A DNA stretch of 36,726 bases from a virus (lineage: Duplodnaviria > Caudoviricetes), in the IMG/VR virus record IMGVR_UViG_3300025018_000306, positions 1 to 36,726 of that record. The stretch is one strand, 5' to 3'. How positions within the stretch are numbered: position 1 is the stretch's first letter; each line of letters starts with the position of its first letter. Shown here piece after piece: positions 16,991-26,879 of this stretch. Position numbers and translations under genes: made by a program. The notes under the pieces were generated by a model. That model did not search any database, was not told the DNA's origin, and was given only the letters and a program-made list of their open reading frames with translations.

Positions 16991-17901
16991 TATGCTGGTG
17001 TCCTCGTGATCTGGATGGTTGTGGATGAGGATGAATCAAAATAAGCCTGGAAAGGCATGTTTAGGACGATGTTGTTTTCTCCCACGTCCCTGGTTGAGCC
17101 GGTATATTTGAGTTTCGGAATTACAAAGATGTAATCGTTTCCGGCAAGGTCGGTCAGGGTAAAGCCCAGGCTTGATTCTGTTTCGTTGAAAAACTTGTTT
17201 GCCAGTGTCGCATTGTCAAAAAATGCCGATATGGTGCCGGTAAGGTTTGCCCTGCCGGTTACGATCCGGTCCGGGTTTTTTGCCATGACACGGTGCAGCG
17301 GCCCGCCGACATTGTCAAGGTTCAAGTTTAGTGCAGTAACAATTGCTATCGTTAACCCGCCCTCGGTAATCGCTCCAGTGAACGAATCGAACGGTGCAGT
17401 CGTGGTCAGCGCTGTATGTGCAGCTGCCTGGATCGGCGTGCCACTCAATGCAGTTACCTCAAGCCCGCTGAATCTGAAGTTACCGGTCACCATTGCATTG
17501 GGTGCAATTTTAAGATCCATCCCCGTACACAGCGCGCCTTTTATGGCCTGATACTGCGGGGTACCCATGTCAAGAAAGCCTTCCTCGAAGCTGTGATACT
17601 TTTTGGTCGTCCCCTGTTTAAGTACATTGGTAGTCCATGCGCCTTGAAATGCCGATTCTAAAAATGAATCATACGTACCGTAAGACATCTCAAAAGGTAT
17701 GTTGATCTGCGGATTTGCGTTGCCATGACGGATGATTCCCATGCCACGGTCGGAGCGGAATTCGTTTGATGCAAGCGTTTGTTTTGCGTCGGTTACAACG
17801 CTATCTCCGGTCTGCCTGAGCATTGACCATCCGGTAACAGGGCTGGTACCTGGTGTTACCTCTGCGACGTAAGACAGTCGCCGCCTTGATCCCTCTGCCA
17901 T
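16990..17901 (-). CDS. Major tail tube protein
   Basis: YVAEVTPG...SNEFRSDR...GRANLTGTISAFF, tail tube family pattern. Confidence 0.9.
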   Translation of the reverse strand: MAEGSRRRLSYVAEVTPGTSPVTGWSMLRQTGDSVVTDAKQTLASNEFRSDRGMGIIRHGNANPQINIPFEMSYGTYDSFLESAFQGAWTTNVLKQGTTKKYHSFEEGFLDMGTPQYQAIKGALCTGMDLKIAPNAMVTGNFRFSGLEVTALSGTPIQAAAHTALTTTAPFDSFTGAITEGGLTIAIVTALNLNLDNVGGPLHRVMAKNPDRIVTGRANLTGTISAFFDNATLANKFFNETESSLGFTLTDLAGNDYIFVIPKLKYTGSTRDVGENNIVLNMPFQAYFDSSSSTTIQITRTPA

Positions 17902-17969
17902 AATGTCCCCCTTTACGTCATCACGACGTTAAGAAAATGTCCGACTGTCTCACGACGTTGGACGCTGTT

Positions 17970-18395
17970 TCAATTCGCTACATCGGCGCGGTACTCAATA
18001 AGTACCGGCACCATAAACCAATCCTCGCTAGGTATCGCCGAGCCACGATAGGCCCGCTCGATCCTCACGCTCACACCACTGTATGTTAGCACAGTTCCCC
18101 GCTTGTAACAAGTTGCGATTCGCTCGGCTTCATTTCCCGGCAATACATCTCCGTTGTCTTTGGGCTCGCATACGTCGATTTGCATAAGGCCATAATGCCG
18201 GTTCTGTGCGTCAACTCCTACCGCCGCAGCCTGGGCCATTCCGGGCAGGAAGGTTGCACGATACCAGCGGGTACCGGCTACCGGGGTAAATGATTTATTC
18301 TCCCATGCAATGATACTTGACGATATCGCCGCGCCTGGTGAAACGGCAATCAGCCTGGATATCAGGGCGGCTCGTATTTCCGTAGTTCCGCTCAT
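17970..18395 (-). CDS. Tail terminator protein (DUF4128-like)
   Basis: IAWENKSFTP...GLMQIDV...WFMVPVLIEYRA; synteny. Confidence 0.8.
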   Translation of the reverse strand: MSGTTEIRAALISRLIAVSPGAAISSSIIAWENKSFTPVAGTRWYRATFLPGMAQAAAVGVDAQNRHYGLMQIDVCEPKDNGDVLPGNEAERIATCYKRGTVLTYSGVSVRIERAYRGSAIPSEDWFMVPVLIEYRADVAN

Positions 18396-18847
18396 GTTGC
18401 CTCCTCGCTTACGATCCCGCCGAACTCGGCTACAGTGATACCTACCATCCCCTGCGGTGCCTGCAACGATCCTTTGTTTCCGACACGGCCACGCTCAAGC
18501 ACCTCAATGTACGGCAGGTTGTTTGTCAAAAAGATTGATTGGCCTTTGGACGGGTCCCATAGCGCTGTTTGACGTGAAGCCCTTGATACTGGAGCTTGAC
18601 CTGTCGGTGCTGGATAATTAGTAGTTTCACTCGATGGCATCCCGACCGACGCAAACCAGTTATTTCGTGCCCTTCCTCCTACATATCCTTTTGGCTTGTA
18701 AGGGACTTTCCATAAGGCCGGGTTTCCAACAGGTGTTCTAAATATTACACGCCTAAATACTTCAATCGATACTTTGCGGCATACCTGATTTGTTTTCTCC
18801 ACCGTGTCAGTTGCGTACTTGCCAAGGTCGATGCTCCATCCGCTCAT
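18392..18847 (-). CDS. HK97 gp10-like neck/tail completion protein
   Basis: RTPV...GRARNNW...NNLPYIEVLE...SLQAPQGMV. Confidence 0.82.
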   Translation of the reverse strand: MSGWSIDLGKYATDTVEKTNQVCRKVSIEVFRRVIFRTPVGNPALWKVPYKPKGYVGGRARNNWFASVGMPSSETTNYPAPTGQAPVSRASRQTALWDPSKGQSIFLTNNLPYIEVLERGRVGNKGSLQAPQGMVGITVAEFGGIVSEEAT

Positions 18848-19215
18848 ATACGCGCCTGCACTTCATAGATGACGTTTGTCTCTCCGTGGTTTAATGGCAT
18901 GACGGTAATGATTTCCAGCTTGACGGTTGACACTTCGATCTTGTGGCCGGTTGCCATCTGGGCTAGTGCGCTGCCGTCGGTTTTCAGGCCAGCCACGATG
19001 AAGCGGCGGTCATTGGCCTTGACCATGGTTCCATCCCGCTCGGCCTGGCTGTACATGATCTCTACGGCTTTTGCGCTGTACTCGATGTCTGCCCCTGGCG
19101 TATCAAGCCCGGTTACTGGATCATAGGCAGTGCCACCGGGTAGAATGATCTTGACGGTCTTTCCACTCTTGGCAATGGTCGCCGCTGTTCGCTTGCGGAT
19201 GCCTTCATAATCCAT
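18844..19215 (-). CDS. Head closure / head-tail joining protein
   Basis: YDPVTG...DGTMVKANDRR...YEVQAR; synteny. Confidence 0.75.
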   Translation of the reverse strand: MDYEGIRKRTAATIAKSGKTVKIILPGGTAYDPVTGLDTPGADIEYSAKAVEIMYSQAERDGTMVKANDRRFIVAGLKTDGSALAQMATGHKIEVSTVKLEIITVMPLNHGETNVIYEVQARI

Positions 19216-19715
19216 TATCCCCTCCTGAATACAACGGCACCGCCTACCCGGACAATGCTCGATAGCGCGTTCTTAATCGTGTTGTAGACGGTTGTAGACG
19301 GTGCGCTTTCGGAGTACTGCGTTTCGATAGGGCCTACCTTTTCCCGGATTATCGCCCCGCCTCGGTCAAGGGATGGAGACAAAGCGCCGGGAGTGGCAAG
19401 CTCGATCAGGGCGGCTTCGAGGGTTGCATTGATTACGGCAACGGGCAGACCGGCCAGCGGGTAACCGTCAAGATCCCATGCACTTGATCGAGGCCACGCA
19501 AGCGACTGGTCCTGTGTCGACTTGAGTCCTGGCCATCGGGAATTGTACATGCCGTCGATAGCCTGGGTTCCCCGTACAAGCGCCGCTTCCTTGACTGCAT
19601 CAGTGCCGGTCCACGCGGTCACGCCACGCAATAGGAAATAAGCGTCTGCGGTTGTAAGAGCTGCGTAACTGTTCGCTTCGGCCTTGCCGGTTCCGTCCTC
19701 GACTATTAATGCCAC
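19215..19715 (-). CDS. Head-tail adaptor (often annotated DnaT-like ssDNA-binding protein)
   Basis: LIVEDGTG...ANSY...ADAYF...QSLAWPR...EKVGPIETQY. Confidence 0.82.
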   Translation of the reverse strand: MALIVEDGTGKAEANSYAALTTADAYFLLRGVTAWTGTDAVKEAALVRGTQAIDGMYNSRWPGLKSTQDQSLAWPRSSAWDLDGYPLAGLPVAVINATLEAALIELATPGALSPSLDRGGAIIREKVGPIETQYSESAPSTTVYNTIKNALSSIVRVGGAVVFRRG

Positions 19716-19717
19716 AG

Positions 19718-20275
19718 TTATACCTCGATTACAGTACGCTCGTATATCTGCATGGTTGCAGACATAAGGATGTTGTCAGCCTTGGCAGTGAAGCGCAGAA
19801 GGTATTTGGTGTTAGGAAAAAGGTTGATTTCCACGTCTCCGCGAGTAGATGCCACAACACGACCTACTCCAGTAGTTGAACCGAATATCTGCTTTTTGGG
19901 CTCGGTCTGTGTGCCGGTTGCTGTTACAGTAGGGTTGAGAAGGAACGTGGTACCAATTGTGATTGCTGACGCCTTGCGCTTGTTGTACGGCGTGATTGCT
20001 GTGCCGGTTGCGTCAGTTACAGTTGGCCCCTGGTACATGAGCACTTCAACGCGCCCGCCCGCAGCCGATGCTTCCCAGAAAAAGTGCCCTTCTTTATCTC
20101 CAGTTTCGATAACGATATCGACATTGGTATCGGTGTCAAATGTGGCGTTTACTGATTCGGCGGTTGCTTCGAATACACAGCCCATGTGGACAAGGCCGTG
20201 CAGAATATCGGCTACAGTCGCAAACCCTCCACGCTTGTCTTTGGGGACATCCGGCCCAAGATCGAACCAGCTCAT
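19718..20275 (-). CDS. Hypothetical virion-associated protein
   Basis: Beta-rich Thr/Gly/Val protein within the head-neck module. Confidence 0.7.
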   Translation of the reverse strand: MSWFDLGPDVPKDKRGGFATVADILHGLVHMGCVFEATAESVNATFDTDTNVDIVIETGDKEGHFFWEASAAGGRVEVLMYQGPTVTDATGTAITPYNKRKASAITIGTTFLLNPTVTATGTQTEPKKQIFGSTTGVGRVVASTRGDVEINLFPNTKYLLRFTAKADNILMSATMQIYERTVIEV

Positions 20276-20433
20276 GCTTCACCGCCTTTCGGCTTGCGCC
20301 AGTGTTTGGGCTTGTCGGCTTCAACCTCGACCGGCGCATCATACAAGACATGCCGGCCAGGGTCAAAATCCGATTCGTTTATGATGGCGTAGCCCATGGC
20401 GTTGGCTTTTACGATTCGGATGGTTTTAATCAT
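20272..20433 (-). CDS. Small protein (53 aa, MIKTIRIVK...IINESDFDP), not in the ORF track
   Basis: Translated by hand; ATGA overlaps at both ends. Confidence 0.75.
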   Translation of the reverse strand: MIKTIRIVKANAMGYAIINESDFDPGRHVLYDAPVEVEADKPKHWRKPKGGEA

Positions 20434-20828
20434 AGACGGTGGCCTATGAATACCACGATTCCACGATCGGCCGCGCCGTTTGCGTCTACGCCTACAGTGT
20501 CACCGGCTGCAAGCACCAGCTTGGTGTCATCCACCCCTGCGGCCATGCGTGCCAGCGCGCCATCGGTTGCACAGGCTATCTCGGTACAGATAGCATCGGT
20601 TCCCTTTTTGGGGATTACCGTACCGCCTCCACTGGTTGCCGTTGCGATTACATGGATATCATCGATCTGCATAGCAAACGGCGCTGTGAACGCGGTCGGG
20701 TTTCCGGTTGCGTCGGCGGTTATCGCATAGGCGAATATCACCGGGGCATAGGCCACGCAATCGCCAAGTCTTACCCTCTGCGCGTCGGGGCTCGTGTTGT
20801 TCAGGATACCCCTAGTTGTTTCGCTCAT
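20430..20828 (-). CDS. Putative capsid decoration protein
   Basis: Follows the capsid gene; AGGAGG RBS; Ala/Thr/Gly-rich beta composition. Confidence 0.6.
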   Translation of the reverse strand: MSETTRGILNNTSPDAQRVRLGDCVAYAPVIFAYAITADATGNPTAFTAPFAMQIDDIHVIATATSGGGTVIPKKGTDAICTEIACATDGALARMAAGVDDTKLVLAAGDTVGVDANGAADRGIVVFIGHRL

Positions 20829-20873
20829 CTTTCCCTCCTAGGAATTGGCGGGGCATTACACCCCGCCGTCTGC

Positions 20874-22022
20874 TTAACCAAGCAAGATCGCTACATGCTC
20901 GGGCTGAACGACCTTGAAACCCCATGAAAGCAGGATCTGCCAGGTGCGCTGGCCGTACTGGTCGATCTCCAGGAAAAGGTAAGACAGGCCTTTGCCGTCC
21001 GATATCATCATCGGGCGGATGGTTGCGTTGGAGGGAACCAGAGGCGGGCGCATTACGCCGACAACCGCGCTCCGCTCGAAGGCAAAGTTGGGGGTATAGT
21101 CGTTGCCTATGGTGCCCTCTACGGTATTGGCCAGACTCGCGCGGAGTCCAGGCTTGTTCAGGACGATATTGCCTGCAGCGGCCCCGGAGGCGGTAGCTGA
21201 AAGTACAATGTACTTGTTGGTATCGCCTGCCCATGTAACCACGTCGCCGTTAAGAATGGTCCCTGAGTCAGATCCGTCGACTACGATGGTCTTGTCTCCA
21301 ATCGCGTAGTTAAGGGCATTGTTGACATCGAACCCGGTAGCGGTTCCCTTGGTGTGCAGTTCGATCCCGGCAGAGGTCTTGATCTGAAAGCCCATCTGAC
21401 GACCTATGATGCCGGACCGCCGCTCTGCGTCATTGCCAGCGGCATATGCCTGCTGGATGATGCCGAGATTCAGCAGGTTAGCCTCTGAATCTGTATTGCC
21501 GATAAACTGCAAGTCTGCCATGGGAGCGCCGTTGTCACGCAGGATCTTGCGTACAGCTACCAGGTCGGAAAGGCTGGTTGAGAATGGGGTTGTACCGGCG
21601 GTGCCAACTGCGCGGGAAGCGCCATACTTGACGGCAAGGGCAAGGTCGGCCTCGGCCTCATTGCGCAATACGCGCATAGCCTGGGCTGCCCACTGCCTGA
21701 CCCATTCCTGGTAATTTCCGCCGTTTTCGAGGGAACGGATCTGCTCGCCGGTAAGGATCATGGATGATTCGCGCTGCTTGGTAATCTGGACAGATACTTC
21801 CTCAGCGGTTCCGGCGCCAGTGCCAGCAGGGGCAACATTGGCCGGGGTGAAGTTGCCAGCGGCCTGAGCCGGGACAACAGGAACTTTGACGGTATCGTTA
21901 AGGGCGACACCCTTATTGTCAAAGTCCATGAAAACAGAACCTGTAAGCGCGTGCGCTTCGGCGCTTACTTCCTGGGCTGCGCTAAACAGAGTCGGCGCAA
22001 TAGCGGTCAATACAGTAGCCAT
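20874..22022 (-). CDS. Major capsid protein (P22 gp5-like)
   Basis: Size and position; AQAMRVLRNEAEADL, RAVGTAGTTPF, WGFKVVQPEHVAILLG. Confidence 0.9.
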   Translation of the reverse strand: MATVLTAIAPTLFSAAQEVSAEAHALTGSVFMDFDNKGVALNDTVKVPVVPAQAAGNFTPANVAPAGTGAGTAEEVSVQITKQRESSMILTGEQIRSLENGGNYQEWVRQWAAQAMRVLRNEAEADLALAVKYGASRAVGTAGTTPFSTSLSDLVAVRKILRDNGAPMADLQFIGNTDSEANLLNLGIIQQAYAAGNDAERRSGIIGRQMGFQIKTSAGIELHTKGTATGFDVNNALNYAIGDKTIVVDGSDSGTILNGDVVTWAGDTNKYIVLSATASGAAAGNIVLNKPGLRASLANTVEGTIGNDYTPNFAFERSAVVGVMRPPLVPSNATIRPMMISDGKGLSYLFLEIDQYGQRTWQILLSWGFKVVQPEHVAILLG

Positions 22023-22060
22023 ACGGCCCCCTTTTTAAGCCAGGCCGTATGGTCAAGGGA

Positions 22061-22750
22061 TCAGACTATCTGTCCCCCGGACTTCATAAAGTCGGCCTGT
22101 TCTTGTGGCTTCATCGCGTTGTACGCGTCGATAGCCATTTGCCTGGTTGTTCCTCCATCCCTTCCGGGTGAAGCTCCTGCACCTGAATTACCATCGGGTA
22201 TCAAAGCTTTCGCCTCGTCCCGTCCGATCCATTCTTTGGTTACAAAGTCAGACAGGGATAGTTCTACTTCCTTGCCTTCCTTCACGACCTTGGCAACCGC
22301 CCTTCGGATGTCGCCCTCGGTCTTGATGTTCAGAATACCCTCAGACTCGATCAAGAGACGGGCAGCCTTGAGCCGCTCCTTAGGAACCCCGGCTTTAACA
22401 AGCTCTTCTGTCAGTCCATTTTCAATCAGCAGCTTTGACGTTGCCTTTTGCTCGGACTGTGCCAGCGTCAACGCTTCGTCACGCTCGGCGGCCAGCTTCT
22501 TGGCTGTCTTCTCAGAGTCTTTCGTCACCCTTGCAAGCTGATCGGTCAAGTCCTCGATCTTGATTTCGAGAGCCGCTACATCCTCAGGGCTTTTCCCTTC
22601 GGCTCGTTGCTCCAGCTTCTTGATCTGCTTGTAATCCCTTGCCGCTATCGGCTCCATGTCGGATATCAGGTCATCCAGCGTTTCCTTGCTGGCCTGTTCA
22701 CCCTTTGCCCACTCAGCCTTGAAAGCTGCAATCAACTCCTTGAGATTCAT
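22061..22750 (-). CDS. Capsid scaffolding protein
   Basis: Charged coiled coil, NSGAGASPG linker and terminal FMKSGGQIV; directly upstream of the capsid gene. Confidence 0.8.
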   Translation of the reverse strand: MNLKELIAAFKAEWAKGEQASKETLDDLISDMEPIAARDYKQIKKLEQRAEGKSPEDVAALEIKIEDLTDQLARVTKDSEKTAKKLAAERDEALTLAQSEQKATSKLLIENGLTEELVKAGVPKERLKAARLLIESEGILNIKTEGDIRRAVAKVVKEGKEVELSLSDFVTKEWIGRDEAKALIPDGNSGAGASPGRDGGTTRQMAIDAYNAMKPQEQADFMKSGGQIV

Positions 22751-22858
22751 AAAGACTCCTTCATGGATACGCCATGTCGTGCTTGCGGTTTATAGACCCG
22801 CAGTCTGCTTTCGCGGATAGTGCCGCGCCACGCTTGAGGGTTTCCCCTCATTCACAAG

Positions 22859-22886
22859 AATATAGCACGTAATCAAATGTTGTCAA
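22859..22886 (-). promoter_or_regulatory. Promoter for the scaffold/capsid operon
   Basis: TTGACA-16bp-TATATT with TG extended -10. Confidence 0.65.
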
Positions 22887-23928
22887 GCGTACGCAACCCA
22901 TCCAAGGTTACCAGCCTGCCACGGTCGATAAAGCCGTCCAGAGCCTTGCCGGAGCGGAACATATTCGCGCGGGTCGGGCCTAGTACGTCATCCTGCATCT
23001 CTTTTGATTGGCTCTTGAGCCACTTTGCATATGACAGCTTTTCGGGTACTTGTCCATCCATGCTCGCGCGGGTGCCGTCGGGTATTTCGTCTATGTCAAG
23101 GCCAAGCTCTCGGAAGGATTTCAAAACGACAATATAAAGACACCTGTCATTAGGGTGGATTGGAATTGACGGCCTTGATTCACCAACCGCCCATACCTGC
23201 CCATCGTAGGACCCGCAGACTGGACAAGTAGACGCGTCCAAAGTCGCAACCCACTGATAACCCTTGATTATATCTTCATTGGCCTGGTAAACGGCTTCCC
23301 GCGCTTGATTGTTGACATGGGCTACTGCGGTACGGACTAAGGCCTGTGCACCTTTGGTGGTAGCCTGGATCGCGCCACCCTCGTACACACCTGGGCTTGT
23401 CTTTGTGGCTCTCTTGATTACCCGGCCCCGGACCCGGCGTACAAGGTCATCAACGGTATCTCCTTCGGACACCCCTAGCCGGATTGCATGGATGAAACGG
23501 TCAACCGAGTTGGCTTCCCATTTTTTTGTTAGCTCGGAAAGTGTAGCGCCTTGCGTGGCCGGGTTCAGCCGGATAGCGGCCCATAGTTGCTCGGGTGCGG
23601 GTGCGGTGGTCTCGAATCGAACAGGGATGGAGCCGGTAAAATCTTTATATGCCCGCTCAGCTTCGTACTCGGCAAGTAGTTTTAGATCGTCAAACAGCTT
23701 GGCCTCAACGCTGCCCGTCGCTTCTTTCAGGATGCGCCGCGTGTCAATCAATATCTCATTAAGCCGTTGCCGGGTCCATGCGCCGTTAGTCTTTTCAATC
23801 CGTGCCAGTACATCCGAGTATGCCGCCTCCAGGGTCTTGATAAGCTCTAGGGCTTCCTGCTTTGTGTATCGCTCAAGGTAAACCCCGTGGCGTATGGCAA
23901 GATCCCGGATGCGCTCGGATGCTGTCAT
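22873..23928 (-). CDS. Minor head protein (Mu gpF / SPP1 gp7 family)
   Basis: LVRTAVAH...WVATLDASTCPVC...PIHPNDRC...RASMDGQVP. Confidence 0.9.
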   Translation of the reverse strand: MTASERIRDLAIRHGVYLERYTKQEALELIKTLEAAYSDVLARIEKTNGAWTRQRLNEILIDTRRILKEATGSVEAKLFDDLKLLAEYEAERAYKDFTGSIPVRFETTAPAPEQLWAAIRLNPATQGATLSELTKKWEANSVDRFIHAIRLGVSEGDTVDDLVRRVRGRVIKRATKTSPGVYEGGAIQATTKGAQALVRTAVAHVNNQAREAVYQANEDIIKGYQWVATLDASTCPVCGSYDGQVWAVGESRPSIPIHPNDRCLYIVVLKSFRELGLDIDEIPDGTRASMDGQVPEKLSYAKWLKSQSKEMQDDVLGPTRANMFRSGKALDGFIDRGRLVTLDGLRTLDNI

Positions 23929-25358
23929 TCAAGCGTTCCAGTATCGCGCTCAGCACTCAAGGCCAAGTCGTTTATCACATCCTCATCCGTCCGGTCGGCT
24001 TCGATCAGGCCTACCTTGCGGAGCCTGCGGATAAAATCAAGTATCGGGATGGTCCCCTGGATCACGCCTTGCATCAAGGCGGTTACTTCCTGCGGGTCTA
24101 TGCCTTCGGTTGAGTATTCTGTGTTTAGCTTGACGATAGCTTCCTGGCTGATCCCTGCCCATTGGCCTGCAAAGGTGAGGGCCTGGCTTAATAGCCGGGA
24201 AACGCTTTGAGCCATGTCTGCAAGTGTTGCGGTCTGGACGGATATTTTCATTTTCACGGTTCCAACCGCTTCGGCCTGGCCCCGGTCGGCCAGCATGTCG
24301 ATGCTATGGCGGGCCATCATGGCGTATTTCTGATCCAGGGCTCGTTCAAGGGGTTCGGTGCCCTGCCCGGTGTATTCGAGGAATCCGCATTTTGAATCCG
24401 TGTTTACCGCGTGAATCCCATTCAGGCCACCTAAGACAATTTGCCTTGCCTCTTCCTTGTTAAACCCAAAAAAGTATGGCGTCGGCACTGAACAAGCAAA
24501 CCGGGCATGCTCTAGATCGGCGCTGGACTGGTAATGGCTCTTTGCAATGTTGACAATATCCAGCAAAGGCGGCTCGACCGTCTCGACCGATCCTGACTGC
24601 GGTCCAAAGAAATAGAATGGTATTGCTTTGATCGATGCGCCATTCAGGACCGGATACACAATGCCGGATTGGGCATACTCCCCGGTCGGCTTGCCGTCGC
24701 GGTCGCGCTGCCTTGTCCACATAGTCACGCCATAGCCTGCGCTGTCCATGGTCAACTCCCGGAAGGTATCGTTGCCCTCATCGAGTACCACGCGGGTTAC
24801 CATCCATCGATTGTTAACCCGCTCCATTTTCCAGTTGATTATCGTTTCGGCTTTGTACAGGGCAAAGTATGGTCTTACCCCGGCGGCCTGTGTCTCGGCT
24901 CTTGATACCCCTGGCGCTGAAGGTGGACGGTCAACAAGTACCCCGACACGGCCAACACTCATGACCTCGGATATAACCGATTCGCAGAACTCATCAAGTG
25001 GCGTTTCCATCAAGTCGGCGTCATTGTCAAAGTAGTTTATCCCGGCTGGTATTTCGATGATTGGATCTTTGGAGAATATCAGTCCGATCAGGCTATTTTT
25101 AATTCGCTTTACAGTGTTGTCGTACAGGGCCCGCCGGATATACGTCTTGAACTCAGTCAACGATTGCCGTTCTGACAGCCGCTCTATGTAAGACCCCTCG
25201 ACCCCGGCCATCCTGGTATCGTGGTCGATAAGTGCATCGGTGCCAGCCAGAAAATCCCGGCAACGCTCCCATTGCTGGATTCGCTTCCAGTACTCAGGGT
25301 GTTTATTTTCGATGGTCTTTTTTGTGGTGGTGGTTTGTGTCGGTATGGAGATTGGCAT
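23925..25358 (-). CDS. Portal protein (DUF4055-like)
   Basis: HPEY...W..CRD...GRVGVLVD...YKAETIINW...HYQSSAD; start at MPISIP after an AAGGGGG RBS. Confidence 0.9.
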   Translation of the reverse strand: MPISIPTQTTTTKKTIENKHPEYWKRIQQWERCRDFLAGTDALIDHDTRMAGVEGSYIERLSERQSLTEFKTYIRRALYDNTVKRIKNSLIGLIFSKDPIIEIPAGINYFDNDADLMETPLDEFCESVISEVMSVGRVGVLVDRPPSAPGVSRAETQAAGVRPYFALYKAETIINWKMERVNNRWMVTRVVLDEGNDTFRELTMDSAGYGVTMWTRQRDRDGKPTGEYAQSGIVYPVLNGASIKAIPFYFFGPQSGSVETVEPPLLDIVNIAKSHYQSSADLEHARFACSVPTPYFFGFNKEEARQIVLGGLNGIHAVNTDSKCGFLEYTGQGTEPLERALDQKYAMMARHSIDMLADRGQAEAVGTVKMKISVQTATLADMAQSVSRLLSQALTFAGQWAGISQEAIVKLNTEYSTEGIDPQEVTALMQGVIQGTIPILDFIRRLRKVGLIEADRTDEDVINDLALSAERDTGTLE

Positions 25359-25369
25359 ACGTGCCCCCT

Positions 25370-26596
25370 TTAGATTGCGCCCAGCTTGATCGACCCGGCC
25401 CCGGACCGCATGGGCAGTTCCCATAGCAACAAGTATGCAGCCGCGTCCGTGATATGGTCAAGGCCAAGGCTCTTGTCTATCTCGCTCGTGCCCTCTTTGA
25501 AGGTCAAGCCGTCCCACCCTTTGCATAGATTCGGGCACTTGGCCGGGTTGACGTAGACTTTGCGGACCCCGGTTGACGTACATAGAGCGCTGTTGACCGT
25601 GTTTATCTTATCAGCTATGGGGTATGGGTGTGAAGGGGCTACAACCTGGAAGCCTGCATCCCGCAGGATGGTGAAGTCAGTCTGCCCGACAGGTGCGCTT
25701 GTCTTTCGTGCATTGCCGGTCGGGTCCGGGTAAATCACAATCTTTCTATCCGGGAATCTGCGCTTGATCGCATGTGACATTTCGACGGTGTTACCGTTCT
25801 GAATTAGTAACTCATCAAAAAAATGCACCTGATCGGCTGCCCTGAATGCGAACGCTGCCGACATTGGATTGACGTTAAAATCCATCCCCACAAGTACCGG
25901 GCAGTTTCCAGGGTCAATGGCTGGTATCGTGTTTTTCTCCCGGTCGTAGGCATAGTAGACGCGGCCGGACAGAGATTCAAAGCTGGCTTCGTACTCTTGC
26001 CGGAAGGTGCGCTCGTCCAGTTCGGCGCGGGCGGCTTCCACCTCTGAGGCTGGAACATTGCCGCCTTCAAGCGTGGTAAACTGGAAGGCTGACCAATCCG
26101 GCTTGGCCTTGGCCGATACGTATAAATCATAGAACCAGTTATATCCAGCCGGGGTTGAAATGAACAAGGCGCGGCCCATCCGGTCTGACAGGCTTGGCCG
26201 TATCGCCTCTGTCCAGGTTTCGCGTGACTGGAAAGCCGCCTCATCGAGTACCACAAAGTCAAGCCCGACGCCGCGCAAGCTGTCCGGGTTATCCGATCCT
26301 CTCAGGGCTATGGTGGACCCGTTGATGAAGTCCAGCCGCAGGTCGGTTTCGTTTTTCTTGGCTATGTAGGCTTTAGGTATCAACTCTTTCAGCTTTGACC
26401 AGCATATTTGTTGAGCCTGGCGGTAGGTCGGGGCAATCAGCCAGTTTATGGACCCTGGGTTGTTGACCGCCGATGTAAGCAGTTCGATGGATGCAAGGTA
26501 GGTTTTGCCGAATCGCCTGCCTGCATTGATTGCCCTGAATCTTTGCTTGCTTTTGTATACCGCCAGTTGCGAACCCGACAGGTCATACTCAATCAT
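25370..26596 (-). CDS. terL: Terminase large subunit
   Basis: AGRRFGKT Walker A, VVLDEAA Walker B, ISTP, GMDFN and DHITDA nuclease motifs. Confidence 0.97.
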   Translation of the reverse strand: MIEYDLSGSQLAVYKSKQRFRAINAGRRFGKTYLASIELLTSAVNNPGSINWLIAPTYRQAQQICWSKLKELIPKAYIAKKNETDLRLDFINGSTIALRGSDNPDSLRGVGLDFVVLDEAAFQSRETWTEAIRPSLSDRMGRALFISTPAGYNWFYDLYVSAKAKPDWSAFQFTTLEGGNVPASEVEAARAELDERTFRQEYEASFESLSGRVYYAYDREKNTIPAIDPGNCPVLVGMDFNVNPMSAAFAFRAADQVHFFDELLIQNGNTVEMSHAIKRRFPDRKIVIYPDPTGNARKTSAPVGQTDFTILRDAGFQVVAPSHPYPIADKINTVNSALCTSTGVRKVYVNPAKCPNLCKGWDGLTFKEGTSEIDKSLGLDHITDAAAYLLLWELPMRSGAGSIKLGAI

Positions 26597-26879
26597 CGCG
26601 CTTGCCTATCATTATGTGCGGAATCTCTGCGGCTATGATCTTGTTGGTGACAGTCGGGCTGCCATCAATCCGGTCAATCAGGTATTTCAATGCAGGAACA
26701 TCTCCTGCAATGGCAAGCTCGAGTAGTTTCCTTGCGGCGGCTTCCTTGCCGGTAATCTTGATATCCCGGTAGGTGACGCTTTCCTCTTGCAGAATGAGGT
26801 TAAGGGCGTCGGTGAATGTCTCGCCCTTCTTTGGCCGGCCATTGCGGTTTATGTTGGTGTCACCTTTCTTGAATGGCAT
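26589..26879 (-). CDS. terS: Terminase small subunit (DUF5681-like N-terminus)
   Basis: PFKKGDTNINRNGRPKKG...AIAGDVPALKYLIDRIDG; AAGGAG RBS; directly upstream of terL. Confidence 0.8.
   Translation of the reverse strand: MPFKKGDTNINRNGRPKKGETFTDALNLILQEESVTYRDIKITGKEAAARKLLELAIAGDVPALKYLIDRIDGSPTVTNKIIAAEIPHIMIGKRDD

Noticed and set aside
20847-20868. Hairpin after the capsid gene as an intrinsic terminator
   Set aside because: A GGCGGG/CCCGCC stem is present but there is no U tract; at most a stabilising hairpin.
8147-26726. Numerous plus-strand ORFs opposite the structural genes (e.g. 19752..20384, 21951..22541, 23309..23881)
   Set aside because: They are antisense shadows of well-supported minus-strand genes, with no recognisable motifs.
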